Of a stretch of DNA of 64,000 nucleotides, positions 20,331-28,877 are shown piece after piece. The position numbers and the translations under genes were made by a program. The DNA lies in the sequence record PQ464595.1; one strand, 5' to 3'. Numbering within the stretch: position 1 is the stretch's first letter; each line of letters starts with the position of its first letter. The notes under the pieces are model-generated. The model saw only the letters and a list, made by a program, of their open reading frames with translations, was not told where the DNA came from and ran no database searches.

Positions 20331-20975
20331 TTACTTGATGATATTGCTCAGAATGGTATAAGCTTGTGAGTGTAACGAGTCAATAGTACTGTTATTTTCT
20401 ACGATATAATCAGGACGATTAATTCCAACCCAACCATATTCAGATGAATGAACACCTTCCATTTCGGTTGGCAGTACTAAACCTTCAATACCAGACTCAA
20501 CAAGTAAGTTATATTTAAAGGCAGTGTGATACCACTCTGGAAGTACTCTCTGTACTTCAACAATAGTACCAGAATTCTCACGAATCATCTTTAATTCATT
20601 AGGGAATCGACAATCAGTGATAATTACACGCTCATGAGGAAGGTTACGGATCTTATTTTCTGCTGCGAATACCCAAATATTATCGTGGAAGTGGCGACGA
20701 AGAACATCAGTACCTAGATTTTGAAGTACCCAGCGTGGAGTTACGTCTTTACCCAATTTACTTGACCAGTACTCGTCAGGTTGTTCACGAATTTTACGTG
20801 CTTCATCGGTAGTACCTTCTAGCATTTCACGATCCCAGCCAAAAATAGCTGCTACAGCATCTTTTAGGGTTTCAGCGAAGGATACTCTATAGAAACCATT
20901 GTCGATGAAAACCTGGGAAAAGGTATCTTTTCCAGATCCAATAGTTCCATTAATTGCTACTAATTTACGTTCCAT
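20331..20975 (-). CDS. Deoxynucleoside monophosphate kinase (T4 gp1-like)
   Basis: GTIGSGKDT, SFAETLK, TPRWVLQNLGT, ITDCRFPNE, HSSE. Confidence 0.9.
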   Translation of the reverse strand: MERKLVAINGTIGSGKDTFSQVFIDNGFYRVSFAETLKDAVAAIFGWDREMLEGTTDEARKIREQPDEYWSSKLGKDVTPRWVLQNLGTDVLRRHFHDNIWVFAAENKIRNLPHERVIITDCRFPNELKMIRENSGTIVEVQRVLPEWYHTAFKYNLLVESGIEGLVLPTEMEGVHSSEYGWVGINRPDYIVENNSTIDSLHSQAYTILSNIIK

Positions 20976-21010
20976 GTTTGTGTTTCCTTTAAACGAAAAA
21001 AGGAAGAACC

Positions 21011-21265
21011 TTATTCAGATTCTTCCATGAGTTCCCAATCATATTCATAAAATTGGATTAAAAATAATGCTTCAGCCCAATCAGGAAAGCATACTGAAGC
21101 ATAATACAGTGGTATGCCACCAACTACTTCTTCTTTTATTTCAAATGTACCAGATTCAGTTTCATCACTAATAGCCGTAATGAATTTCAACATCTTATTT
21201 GATATTTCACTACTTTCACCACTATATAAAAATTCATCTGTACCCATAAAAGCTTCGTAACGCAT
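21011..21265 (-). CDS. Small acidic hypothetical protein
   Basis: 84-aa ORF preceded by TATAAATA at 21296-21303. Confidence 0.55.
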   Translation of the reverse strand: MRYEAFMGTDEFLYSGESSEISNKMLKFITAISDETESGTFEIKEEVVGGIPLYYASVCFPDWAEALFLIQFYEYDWELMEESE

Positions 21266-21295
21266 AATATCACCATAACATTTCTAATTATGGTG

Positions 21296-21303
21296 TATTT
21301 ATA
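21296..21303 (-). promoter_or_regulatory. Late promoter TATAAATA
   Basis: Exact T4 late consensus abutting the neck-gene stop. Confidence 0.6.
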
Positions 21304-22089
21304 TTAACCGATAATGAAGCCTAGCGGTGTACTACCATCTTCGTACTTACGTATACGGTCACGAAGTTCTTGTTGCATACGGATTGCGTTCTGTAACAAG
21401 TCAGCACCATCCATTGAGAATGATCCTTGTGGACCAGGAAGGGTTGCGAATTTAGAACGATAACGTCCTAGAATCATCATTGCTTCGGACAAAGCCCAAT
21501 CACGTAACCACGGATAAGTACTTTGAGTTTTGAATAAAATTGGTTCTGGTTTGTTGTGGTAAACGTGTAGAAGTACTTCTTCTTCACCACGAATATCACG
21601 TTCTAGCGTTAGTTTTTTAGTAACGGAGTTCCATAGGAACATGATTTCACGTCCAAACATACGACCAACAGTTTCATCAAATTGATGATACAAGTCATAC
21701 GTCAATAGACCACCACCAGTACTACCGCGTACTGCACTTAATAGATATGTATTACTGTACGCCAATGAGAATGGATCAACTGTTGCTCCTGAACCGGAAA
21801 CAACACCATTACCACGACGATAAATTCTACGAACAATTTCAACCTCAGTAGGTAGTTCATAAACAGAATCGGACTCATAGAACTTCATATGTAGGAAAGC
21901 TTCTTCTTTCGAAGCAGCAGCCCAAGCACGATAATTAGCTACAGCATTATCAATGCATAATTCAAGTTGTTCATCAGTCAATTCTACTTCAATAGAACCC
22001 GCACCGAGCATTACAGTAATAACACGTTTCATTTCTTCACGATGATCGTATTGTGGAGAATCTGGATTCCCGCCATAATTATAAGACAT
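21304..22089 (-). CDS. Neck/head-tail adaptor protein (T4 gp13-like)
   Basis: LGAGSIEVELTDEQL..ID.A, ILGRYRSKF..LPGPQG..MDG; start moved to ATG 22089 (GGGGT RBS). Confidence 0.8.
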   Translation of the reverse strand: MSYNYGGNPDSPQYDHREEMKRVITVMLGAGSIEVELTDEQLELCIDNAVANYRAWAAASKEEAFLHMKFYESDSVYELPTEVEIVRRIYRRGNGVVSGSGATVDPFSLAYSNTYLLSAVRGSTGGGLLTYDLYHQFDETVGRMFGREIMFLWNSVTKKLTLERDIRGEEEVLLHVYHNKPEPILFKTQSTYPWLRDWALSEAMMILGRYRSKFATLPGPQGSFSMDGADLLQNAIRMQQELRDRIRKYEDGSTPLGFIIG

Positions 22090-22095
22090 AAAAAT

Positions 22096-22130
22096 ACCCC
22101 TAAACATGTTTGTATATCATATTTAGGGGT
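22096..22130 (-). promoter_or_regulatory. Late promoter CCTAAATA within a 13-bp RBS-sequestering hairpin
   Basis: Minus strand ACCCCTAAATATG-9nt-CATGTTTAGGGGT. Confidence 0.7.
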
Positions 22131-22137
22131 TCTAGTC

Positions 22138-22500
22138 TTAAATACGGCGACAGTTCTGAGTGAAATACCGTAGACGTTCTGCGTCAAATGGTCCGATTAC
22201 CATAATCATAGATTGTGAATCTTCTTCAATGAAGTTGATTGGAGCACCTTCTAAATTACAGTGGAATTCAATTTCTGATAACAAATCAGATTCAGAAGCA
22301 ACATATAAATGTTGTTCATAACCATTTTCTACCCATTCAGCAAAATCTTTCTTGAAGATTTTATGCTCATTATCGCCCACATATTGTGTACGAGTTGGGT
22401 CGAACTGGTTCATGATTTCCATACCAGCACGTACTGATAGTTTAACTAAATCCATTGGTGATTGTCCTTCGACAATCACAATTGCTTGATATACACTCAT
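22138..22500 (-). CDS. Peptidyl-tRNA hydrolase Pth2-like protein (divergent)
   Basis: YQAIVI...EWVENGYEQHLYVASESDLL...G...IEED...MVIGPF...YFTQ follows the Pth2 pattern. Confidence 0.55.
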   Translation of the reverse strand: MSVYQAIVIVEGQSPMDLVKLSVRAGMEIMNQFDPTRTQYVGDNEHKIFKKDFAEWVENGYEQHLYVASESDLLSEIEFHCNLEGAPINFIEEDSQSMIMVIGPFDAERLRYFTQNCRRI

Positions 22501-22509
22501 TTTGTACCG

Positions 22510-22830
22510 TTAGATAATGATTTTATTGTCTGGAACGATCAGCTTAGGAGCAGATTTCTCAGCTTCTAGTGATTCAATTGCACTGATATAAGCTGCTTCG
22601 ATTGATGGTGCTGGGTCGTTTACTGAAACGATATTAGACTTCATGAAGATAGTATTCTTGGTAGGATCAATGATACCTTCTAGATAATCACGAATAACCA
22701 TTTGGTTTTCTTCATCTAGACCGAACTGACATGGGTTATTAACCACGATAGCGTCAGTTACATCATCCTGAATAGTTCCGATGATTGGACCAATACCGTT
22801 AATAAAAATTAGTTTTACATTGCTTGACAT
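22510..22830 (-). CDS. Small hypothetical protein (possible Sm-like fold)
   Basis: NVKLIFINGIGPIIGTI...VVNNP pattern common in T4-like phages. Confidence 0.45.
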   Translation of the reverse strand: MSSNVKLIFINGIGPIIGTIQDDVTDAIVVNNPCQFGLDEENQMVIRDYLEGIIDPTKNTIFMKSNIVSVNDPAPSIEAAYISAIESLEAEKSAPKLIVPDNKIII

Positions 22831-22859
22831 AATACTTCCTTGTATTTGTGTGATTGAAC

Positions 22860-23357
22860 TTATTTCAGTTCATAGAGATTCTTTGTTGCGTGTTTTACAC
22901 GATGGTCGATTATTTCAGAAATAACATTCCAGCATCCACCACCTAAATCTGAACCGATTTTAGGGAAATGCATATGTACTTCTTCAATACCCGATACTGC
23001 TTTCAGTACTTTAGCGGAGTTGTCAAGTTCTAAGAAGATCTTGTCAATCGCATCATAGCTGACATATTTAGCACCGTCACGACCATAGAATTCTTGGGTG
23101 ACAGTATTACAGATGATAATATCTGGCTCAGCAGCATGATAGATAACAGTACCAACATTTAAGTGGTTATTACCTTCTTCATACGCTACAATATAATCAT
23201 CATAGGCATTTGGAAAACGTTCACGTAGTTCTTTTGCGAAACCAGAACCCATACGCCCTTGAGCATTACATCCGTGGATGATATAGTGAACATCACTATC
23301 CCAACGTTGACCATTGAGTACTAGGTCAAATAAATTTCCTACATGTGTATTAATCAT
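22860..23357 (-). CDS. Macro domain protein (ADP-ribose-binding/hydrolase)
   Basis: IIHGCNAQGRMGSGFAK, ICNTVTQ, FPKIGSDLGGGCW. Confidence 0.9.
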   Translation of the reverse strand: MINTHVGNLFDLVLNGQRWDSDVHYIIHGCNAQGRMGSGFAKELRERFPNAYDDYIVAYEEGNNHLNVGTVIYHAAEPDIIICNTVTQEFYGRDGAKYVSYDAIDKIFLELDNSAKVLKAVSGIEEVHMHFPKIGSDLGGGCWNVISEIIDHRVKHATKNLYELK

Positions 23358-23371
23358 AAATGCCTCAATTG

Positions 23372-23398
23372 AAAAAAGGGAACCCGAAGGTTCCCTTT
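23372..23398 (-). terminator. Intrinsic terminator
   Basis: GGGAACC-TTCG-GGTTCCC-TTTTTT on the minus strand (cUUCGg loop). Confidence 0.85.
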
Positions 23399-23401
23399 AA
23401 A

Positions 23402-23644
23402 TTATTCTAATCCGAAACGGATTCGCTTTGTCTCTTTACGATGCTTTCTTGCAATATTACTTTGGTAAAGTCTCGTGCCGCGTTTATTATCCTTCGATAA
23501 GTACCAGGTATCTTCCGGTACATCAAAATCACAATATCCGTCTTCTGTAATTGTTCCTAGAAACGCTGATTTCTTAGGAATACTTATAGATGATTTAACA
23601 CTTTCAAAAATGCCTTTCGCTAATTTTTCACGATAACTGAGCAT
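23402..23644 (-). CDS. Small basic hypothetical protein
   Basis: Likely start ATG 23644 (GGGAG RBS); track start 23689. Confidence 0.55.
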   Translation of the reverse strand: MLSYREKLAKGIFESVKSSISIPKKSAFLGTITEDGYCDFDVPEDTWYLSKDNKRGTRLYQSNIARKHRKETKRIRFGLE

Positions 23645-23695
23645 AATTAATCTCCCAAATTGTAATACGAAGGAATCTGTTTCCTTCATCAGTAT

Positions 23696-24037
23696 TTAGG
23701 GCTGATTGAGTTGCTTATCTATGAATTCAATCACGTCCTCTGGTGTACATACTGACAGTACTTGCTTGAGAATAGCATCATAGTCTTCACTATGTTCTTG
23801 ATATTTCTGAACTAATTCCTTATGTTTAATAACGGCTTCAGGTTCAGGCAGAGTAGGTGTATAGTCAACACCTAGACTCTCTGCTAACTCTTTCACTTTC
23901 TGTAAACGTGCTGCGTGACGATCTTGCATTTCACGAATGTTACGTTCGCCTAAAGTGAAGTGAGACATATTAACTTTATAACGAGTATCTTCATCTAAGA
24001 TATATGCGTTAATTGAAGTGGAATCCTCGCGTTTCAT
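23696..24037 (-). CDS. Hypothetical protein
   Basis: 113-aa ORF, operonic. Confidence 0.6.
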   Translation of the reverse strand: MKREDSTSINAYILDEDTRYKVNMSHFTLGERNIREMQDRHAARLQKVKELAESLGVDYTPTLPEPEAVIKHKELVQKYQEHSEDYDAILKQVLSVCTPEDVIEFIDKQLNQP

Positions 24038-24038
24038 C

Positions 24039-24452
24039 TTATGCTCCTAACTGGCTGAATAGAGTATTTGCGTCTTTACCATTATACTGACCGTCATAGT
24101 TAGCTTTCAGGTAAGGGAACATATTTTTCTTTTCTGCCATAGCTGGATCAGCGGCGATTGCGGCTTGCATGATAGCAAGTAGTTCGTCATTGGATAGTTG
24201 CTTAGGTAGGAGATCGACTAGGAGTACTTTTTCAGATTCCAGGTCTGGTTGTTCAGTTTTTGCGACTGCTAAGGTTTCATTTACACTTTCAAGTAGTTTC
24301 TTGATGATCTGAATTACATCCGTATCTGGAACTTCCTGAGAAGTAGTTTTACGTTGTACTTCAGCAATAATAACACCGAAAAGGTTATATTTGACTCGGT
24401 TCTGACCGAGTGCGTGTTGACGTTCCGTTTGAATGGTCTGATAAAGACTCAT
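24039..24452 (-). CDS. GatB/YqeY domain protein
   Basis: IIAEVQ...VIQIIKKL...E...L..LLPKQLSNDEL...YLKANYDGQYNGK. Confidence 0.85.
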   Translation of the reverse strand: MSLYQTIQTERQHALGQNRVKYNLFGVIIAEVQRKTTSQEVPDTDVIQIIKKLLESVNETLAVAKTEQPDLESEKVLLVDLLPKQLSNDELLAIMQAAIAADPAMAEKKNMFPYLKANYDGQYNGKDANTLFSQLGA

Positions 24453-24453
24453 A

Positions 24454-24690
24454 TTATTCTCCTTTTAGAAAAGCTTCAAACTTATCACATCCTCCAATGT
24501 ACTGTTCATCTACGAAAATTTGCGGTACTGTCCGTACTGGAGTACCCACCACTTCTGCTAAATCAGCAGCACTTAGACCTTGTGCTTCAATATCAATAAA
24601 TTCTAATTCATACCCATTCATTTCACAAATGAGTTTCGCACGATCACAAAATTTACATCCTTGTGCTCGACCATACATTTTTACATTCAT
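24454..24690 (-). CDS. Glutaredoxin
   Basis: CKFC active site, RTVPQIF, YIGGCD. Confidence 0.92.
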   Translation of the reverse strand: MNVKMYGRAQGCKFCDRAKLICEMNGYELEFIDIEAQGLSAADLAEVVGTPVRTVPQIFVDEQYIGGCDKFEAFLKGE

Positions 24691-24720
24691 AATATTCCCT
24701 TATTATGTTACTTCTTAATA

Positions 24721-25143
24721 CTATTTTTCCATGAATTGTGTGACAGCCTTAATAATACTATTACACATACGCTCAGTCAGGTAGTACTGACAATCTTCTA
24801 CGTCAATATACATGAACCTATCTAATTCGGGCTTTTCTTGACCGTACCGATTCGTATATGTGCTAAGACATTCCAACTCAGAAACCTCTGGTTTTTCAGG
24901 TGCGGTATAGAAGAATAATACTAGACGCTTCCCTTTGCGATAGGCAACTTCACCTATCAACAAAAGGTCGTCTTCGGATATTTCAAATCCGGTTTCTTCG
25001 TAACATTCCCGTACTGCTGCTTCCTTGTAGGTTTCACCTTCTTCGGTTTTACCTTTAGGAAGATCCCAATGAGATTGTCCGGTCGTATGACCTATAAGTA
25101 TCTGACCGTCGCGGTAAAAAATTATTCCACATGTATAACGCAT
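24721..25143 (-). CDS. NUDIX hydrolase
   Basis: Nudix box WDLPKGKTEEGETYKEAAVRECYEETG. Confidence 0.92.
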   Translation of the reverse strand: MRYTCGIIFYRDGQILIGHTTGQSHWDLPKGKTEEGETYKEAAVRECYEETGFEISEDDLLLIGEVAYRKGKRLVLFFYTAPEKPEVSELECLSTYTNRYGQEKPELDRFMYIDVEDCQYYLTERMCNSIIKAVTQFMEK

Positions 25144-25176
25144 ATGAATTTCCTACTAAAATTATCAGATACCTAT

Positions 25177-25205
25177 AGTATACCACAATTTTTAACACCG
25201 TTCCA
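25177..25205 (-). promoter_or_regulatory. Class B promoter: TGGAAC-N17-TATACT
   Basis: TGTGGTATACT extended -10. Confidence 0.65.
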
Positions 25206-25208
25206 AAA

Positions 25209-26324
25209 TTATGCGAACATCTTTTGGATCTCGGTGGTTTGGATACCCTTAACGTGAGTACGAATATCCTTCGCTTCCAGTTTTCCAGATTTAACCATAT
25301 CTTCAATGTCGCCTACTGGAGCATCGGTAAAGCGATCAAATACCTTCACAATAAGGTCTTCGAGTTCATTATCCATCTCACGACGAATTAAGAAGTACTC
25401 GGTGACTTTGTAAAGGAATTCTTCACCACCGTTATTTTTGATGTTCATAGTACTGAACAGTTCTACCATTTCTTCCGGTTTCTTTTTGCGGAATTTCAGC
25501 AGACTTTCAGTATGCGTCTTAATGAAGTTACTGAACTTCACAAAACGTGCTGGCAGTTTAATACCACCAACAACATATTCTTTATTTGGTGTTAACTTAG
25601 AAAGAATAACAGTCCAAATAAATTCTTCGCGGTGTGAATCTGAGCTAGTATTTACGATATGATCGATAAGCTCCAGTTCTTTTTGAGTTGCCTCAAAACC
25701 TGGCAGCAATACAGTTAACGCACCAATATCTTTCAGGTACTTCAGGAAGATACTTGGTTTTGCTTCGCTGAATGCTTTCTCGAATTCAACATAAACACGC
25801 TCTTTGGTCAGATGATTGATTTCACCATCCTTAACCATTTTACGAACCATATCATCAGTACTTTTATGTACGGTGAAATCCGCATAGCGAGCTTTGAAAC
25901 GTGCCAAACGCAGAACACGCAGAGGATCTTCTTTGAACGCATCCGATACGTGACGAAGTACCTTGTTCTGAAGGTCTTCTTTGCCTTTATATGGGTCAAC
26001 ATGGGTTTTAGTACCAATGTCCCAAGCGATGGCGTTGATAGTCAGGTCGCGACGGAACAGATCTTGCTCCAGTGTTACACCCTGAGTTTCGACGGTGAAA
26101 CCATCATAACCAGTACCAGTCTTACGCTCGATACGTGCCAGTGCGTATTCGTCACCATCTGGTGACAGGAATACAGGGAAGTCAGCACCGACTTGCTTGT
26201 AACCTTGACTTTTCAGGTATTCAATGTCCTTCGGCTTAGCACCGACCAGTACATAATCCTTGTCTTTTGGTTGAAGACCCAGGATCTTATCACGGACAAA
26301 GCCACCTACGATATACTTTTTCAT
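25209..26324 (-). CDS. cca: tRNA nucleotidyltransferase (CCA-adding enzyme), short form
   Basis: YIVGGFVRD, DKDYV, VGADFPVF, EYALAR, DLFRRDLTINA, EDPLRVLRLARF; no recognisable HD domain. Confidence 0.93.
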   Translation of the reverse strand: MKKYIVGGFVRDKILGLQPKDKDYVLVGAKPKDIEYLKSQGYKQVGADFPVFLSPDGDEYALARIERKTGTGYDGFTVETQGVTLEQDLFRRDLTINAIAWDIGTKTHVDPYKGKEDLQNKVLRHVSDAFKEDPLRVLRLARFKARYADFTVHKSTDDMVRKMVKDGEINHLTKERVYVEFEKAFSEAKPSIFLKYLKDIGALTVLLPGFEATQKELELIDHIVNTSSDSHREEFIWTVILSKLTPNKEYVVGGIKLPARFVKFSNFIKTHTESLLKFRKKKPEEMVELFSTMNIKNNGGEEFLYKVTEYFLIRREMDNELEDLIVKVFDRFTDAPVGDIEDMVKSGKLEAKDIRTHVKGIQTTEIQKMFA

Positions 26325-26335
26325 TTGTATTCCTC

Positions 26336-26704
26336 TTATTCAAACATGAATCCACCAAAACGTGGAGGACGACCACCAACTACGCGAGTCTTTGGAGGCT
26401 CAGGCGGTTTAGGCGGTTTAGGTGGAGATGGTATTTGTTTTTTCAAATCATGATTAATTAAACCAAACCAAAACGGTTCTTCTTCTTTTACGAAGTTCGG
26501 TTCACTACGATAACCTTTTAAGAAAAGATCATCTTTGAACATTTCCTTCAAAATACGATGACTTTGAACATTGTCCTTTTTATCGTAAATTGAATGAAAC
26601 AATGGTCGTTGGAGAATGAAAACATTCCCCTGGTACTCAATTTCATAATGACATTTATCTGCGATATGTGTCACTTTCATATCAAGTAAGTGTATAGCCA
26701 TCAT
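26336..26704 (-). CDS. Hypothetical protein with Pro-rich C-terminus
   Basis: PSPPKPPKPPEPPK tail. Confidence 0.6.
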   Translation of the reverse strand: MMAIHLLDMKVTHIADKCHYEIEYQGNVFILQRPLFHSIYDKKDNVQSHRILKEMFKDDLFLKGYRSEPNFVKEEEPFWFGLINHDLKKQIPSPPKPPKPPEPPKTRVVGGRPPRFGGFMFE

Positions 26705-26709
26705 ATCAC

Positions 26710-26946
26710 CTATAGATCAAAATTGCCAGTACGTTTTTTGGTTTTGTGAAGAATATCAGTGTTGATCAACTCTCCCCAAAAAGTACCGTCACATTGTGTG
26801 CGAGGTTGTGGTGGGGTATAACTCTGTATGTGTTTTAAATGCGAACGCATAGCCTTTTCAATACGACCATCATCAGGCCAACCCAAGCCCCAATCTTCTT
26901 CGAGCATTACTGGAACCGCACCGGAATCATCAAAGAAAATACTCAT
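26710..26946 (-). CDS. Hypothetical protein
   Basis: Start moved to ATG 26946 (ATGA overlap). Confidence 0.55.
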   Translation of the reverse strand: MSIFFDDSGAVPVMLEEDWGLGWPDDGRIEKAMRSHLKHIQSYTPPQPRTQCDGTFWGELINTDILHKTKKRTGNFDL

Positions 26947-27371
26947 AAAATATCCTCCACAATTAAAGCACCCCAAAACGTAATACCGAGTTTACTAATT
27001 ACAACACGAGCACGTTCTTTCTGTTCTTCTTCAGATTTACGTTTTTGTGCGTCAAAACGTTCACGTTCGCGGATTGTTAAATTTTTAGGTACATAATCAT
27101 CAGTACCGAAATATTCTTCATACATTGCCATTTCAGATTTCTCCATTTGTCCAGAACGTGCTATTTTGTGAAGAAGCTCACGGTATACTTGATCTGGAGG
27201 ATATGTTATTTCCATATAATTACACATTGTACGGAAATGATGTGCTTCATCAATGAACCTAAATCGCTTTCTTAGTTTCATCAACGTAACATTACATATC
27301 CAACGAGTAGAAGAATAGGGTTCATACTCGAACCGAATTTCCATATCATGGATATAAAAAGTTTCGGACAT
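26943..27371 (-). CDS. Hypothetical protein with hydrophobic C-terminus
   Basis: 142-aa ORF, GGAGAG RBS. Confidence 0.6.
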   Translation of the reverse strand: MSETFYIHDMEIRFEYEPYSSTRWICNVTLMKLRKRFRFIDEAHHFRTMCNYMEITYPPDQVYRELLHKIARSGQMEKSEMAMYEEYFGTDDYVPKNLTIRERERFDAQKRKSEEEQKERARVVISKLGITFWGALIVEDIL

Positions 27372-27392
27372 ATTTTCTCTCCACTTAAAACG

Positions 27393-27423
27393 AAAAAAGG
27401 ACAGAGCATTGCTGCCTGTCCTT
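27393..27423 (-). terminator. Intrinsic terminator after hpf-like gene
   Basis: AAGGACAG...CTGTCCTT-TTTT on the minus strand. Confidence 0.75.
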
Positions 27424-27461
27424 ATAATGTAGCATGTTGTTACGGTTCTGTCAAGCAGTTT

Positions 27462-27797
27462 TTACTCAACATCGTCCTCGGCTGGTACATCAACATCGCG
27501 GTCGATATGTGTACGTTTCCCTTTTGCCGTGCGGAATTGGGATTCCAGTTTAGCTACCATGAGGTCAATACCTTTATACAAATCGTCATCTACTGCCTGA
27601 GCATTGTAGGCGACGCCTTCGAACGTACCGTGTGAATGTACCTTGAAAGAAGAACCTTCTTTCGAATATGAAGTATGGAAATCTACCGGAACTTCACCAG
27701 TGAATTTTTCCAACTTATTGAAAGCATCAAAAGTGTGATATTCCAGTTCTTCAGATACTGCGATACGGTCATTATAAGAAATTGTATGTTTGATCAT
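27462..27797 (-). CDS. Ribosome hibernation factor HPF/RaiA (S30EA)-like protein
   Basis: ISYNDRIAVSEELE...KLEKF...DDLYKGIDLMVAKLESQFRTAKGK. Confidence 0.8.
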   Translation of the reverse strand: MIKHTISYNDRIAVSEELEYHTFDAFNKLEKFTGEVPVDFHTSYSKEGSSFKVHSHGTFEGVAYNAQAVDDDLYKGIDLMVAKLESQFRTAKGKRTHIDRDVDVPAEDDVE

Positions 27798-27822
27798 AAA
27801 AGTACTCCCTTGTATTGTACTG

Positions 27823-28767
27823 TCAAAGACTACTTAATAGCATATCAGCACGGCCTGAACCAACCTGATTGTACCATAAAGAGTTCTTGATTTCTTTTTT
27901 GAATTTACGAGCATTACTGTTTTCAACACTTTTCCAGAGTTTGTTAAACTTAGCAAGTTTATCCGCACCCATAGTATATGTCATCTCGTAAAGAACACGC
28001 TGCTGGTCAATAGTTAAATCAATAGCACGTTTACGTTGAAGTAAAAGAATGAAATCATCCCTTGTGCGTTTCATATCCTCGATTAAGAGATTATGAGCTT
28101 GACCTTTTGAAATACCATTACGGTACTTTGCTGCGTCTTTCTCGCCCTTACCAATATAATGACCGTAACCTATTGTAAAGTTACCAGTACTGTCACGATA
28201 TGGATAGAACTTTCCATTTTTAAAAGATGGACCAACTTTACCGCCAAGTAAACGCCGCTTTAATACGGATTGGGATTCACTTGTTCCTTCTGCTTTTTTA
28301 ATATGAGAGAGAATTTCTTCATCATGAATACTGAACAGGAGTTCAATTTCTGGTAAAGTAACTTCTTTCAAATCGGTTGCATTAGGAAGGTCAAACAATG
28401 TACCAGGATGCATCACAGCTTCCTTATTCACCACCTTTAGTACTTTTACGTACTCGTTAACTTCAACGTTTTGTGGTTTAATTTTGTTCGCAATAGTCCA
28501 TAGACTATCACCACTTAGTACTTTGTATTGCTTTCTGCTATCAGTTGCTTCAGGTTGTACAGGTATAATCTGAGCTACTGGCGGTTGCTTTTGAATTGTT
28601 AATTGTGGTTCTTGTTGTACTACCACCACTGTTGGTACAGTAGCCGATGATGTAGTACGATCATGTGAGTTAAAACCTAATCCAATAGCAGCGGCAAGCA
28701 ACAGAAAACCTGCTAGGATATTTTTCAATCCAGCACGAGTCTTGAGTTCTTGTATCGCTTTATACAA
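27823..28767 (-). CDS. Membrane-anchored LysM + T4-lysozyme (GH24)-like peptidoglycan hydrolase
   Basis: TTG start with AGGAGG RBS; TM helix ILAGFLLLAAAIGLGF; LysM YKVLSGDSLWTIA; KAEG...YRDSTGNFTIGYGH; SLWYNQVGSGRA. Confidence 0.85.
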   Translation of the reverse strand: MYKAIQELKTRAGLKNILAGFLLLAAAIGLGFNSHDRTTSSATVPTVVVVQQEPQLTIQKQPPVAQIIPVQPEATDSRKQYKVLSGDSLWTIANKIKPQNVEVNEYVKVLKVVNKEAVMHPGTLFDLPNATDLKEVTLPEIELLFSIHDEEILSHIKKAEGTSESQSVLKRRLLGGKVGPSFKNGKFYPYRDSTGNFTIGYGHYIGKGEKDAAKYRNGISKGQAHNLLIEDMKRTRDDFILLLQRKRAIDLTIDQQRVLYEMTYTMGADKLAKFNKLWKSVENSNARKFKKEIKNSLWYNQVGSGRADMLLSSL

Positions 28768-28773
28768 AATTCC

Positions 28774-28813
28774 TCCTTATTACACATTTTGTGCTTCTTC
28801 TGCGTAATAAGGA
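28774..28813 (-). promoter_or_regulatory. RBS-sequestering hairpin of the lysin gene
   Basis: Perfect 10-bp inverted repeat TCCTTATTAC/GTAATAAGGA covering part of the SD. Confidence 0.6.
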
Positions 28814-28877
28814 CAAACCTTCGGTGCGACCTTATTTGCACAAAGTCGCTTTTGGACTTTCTACAATAGTACGAATA

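Noticed and set aside
27798-27826. TTGACA upstream of the hpf-like gene as a promoter
   Set aside because: No -10 element at 16-18 nt spacing.
28770-28870. Short open frame KVQKRLCANKVAPKVCPYYAEEAQNV upstream of the lysin
   Set aside because: No start codon after the preceding in-frame stop; treated as leader RNA.
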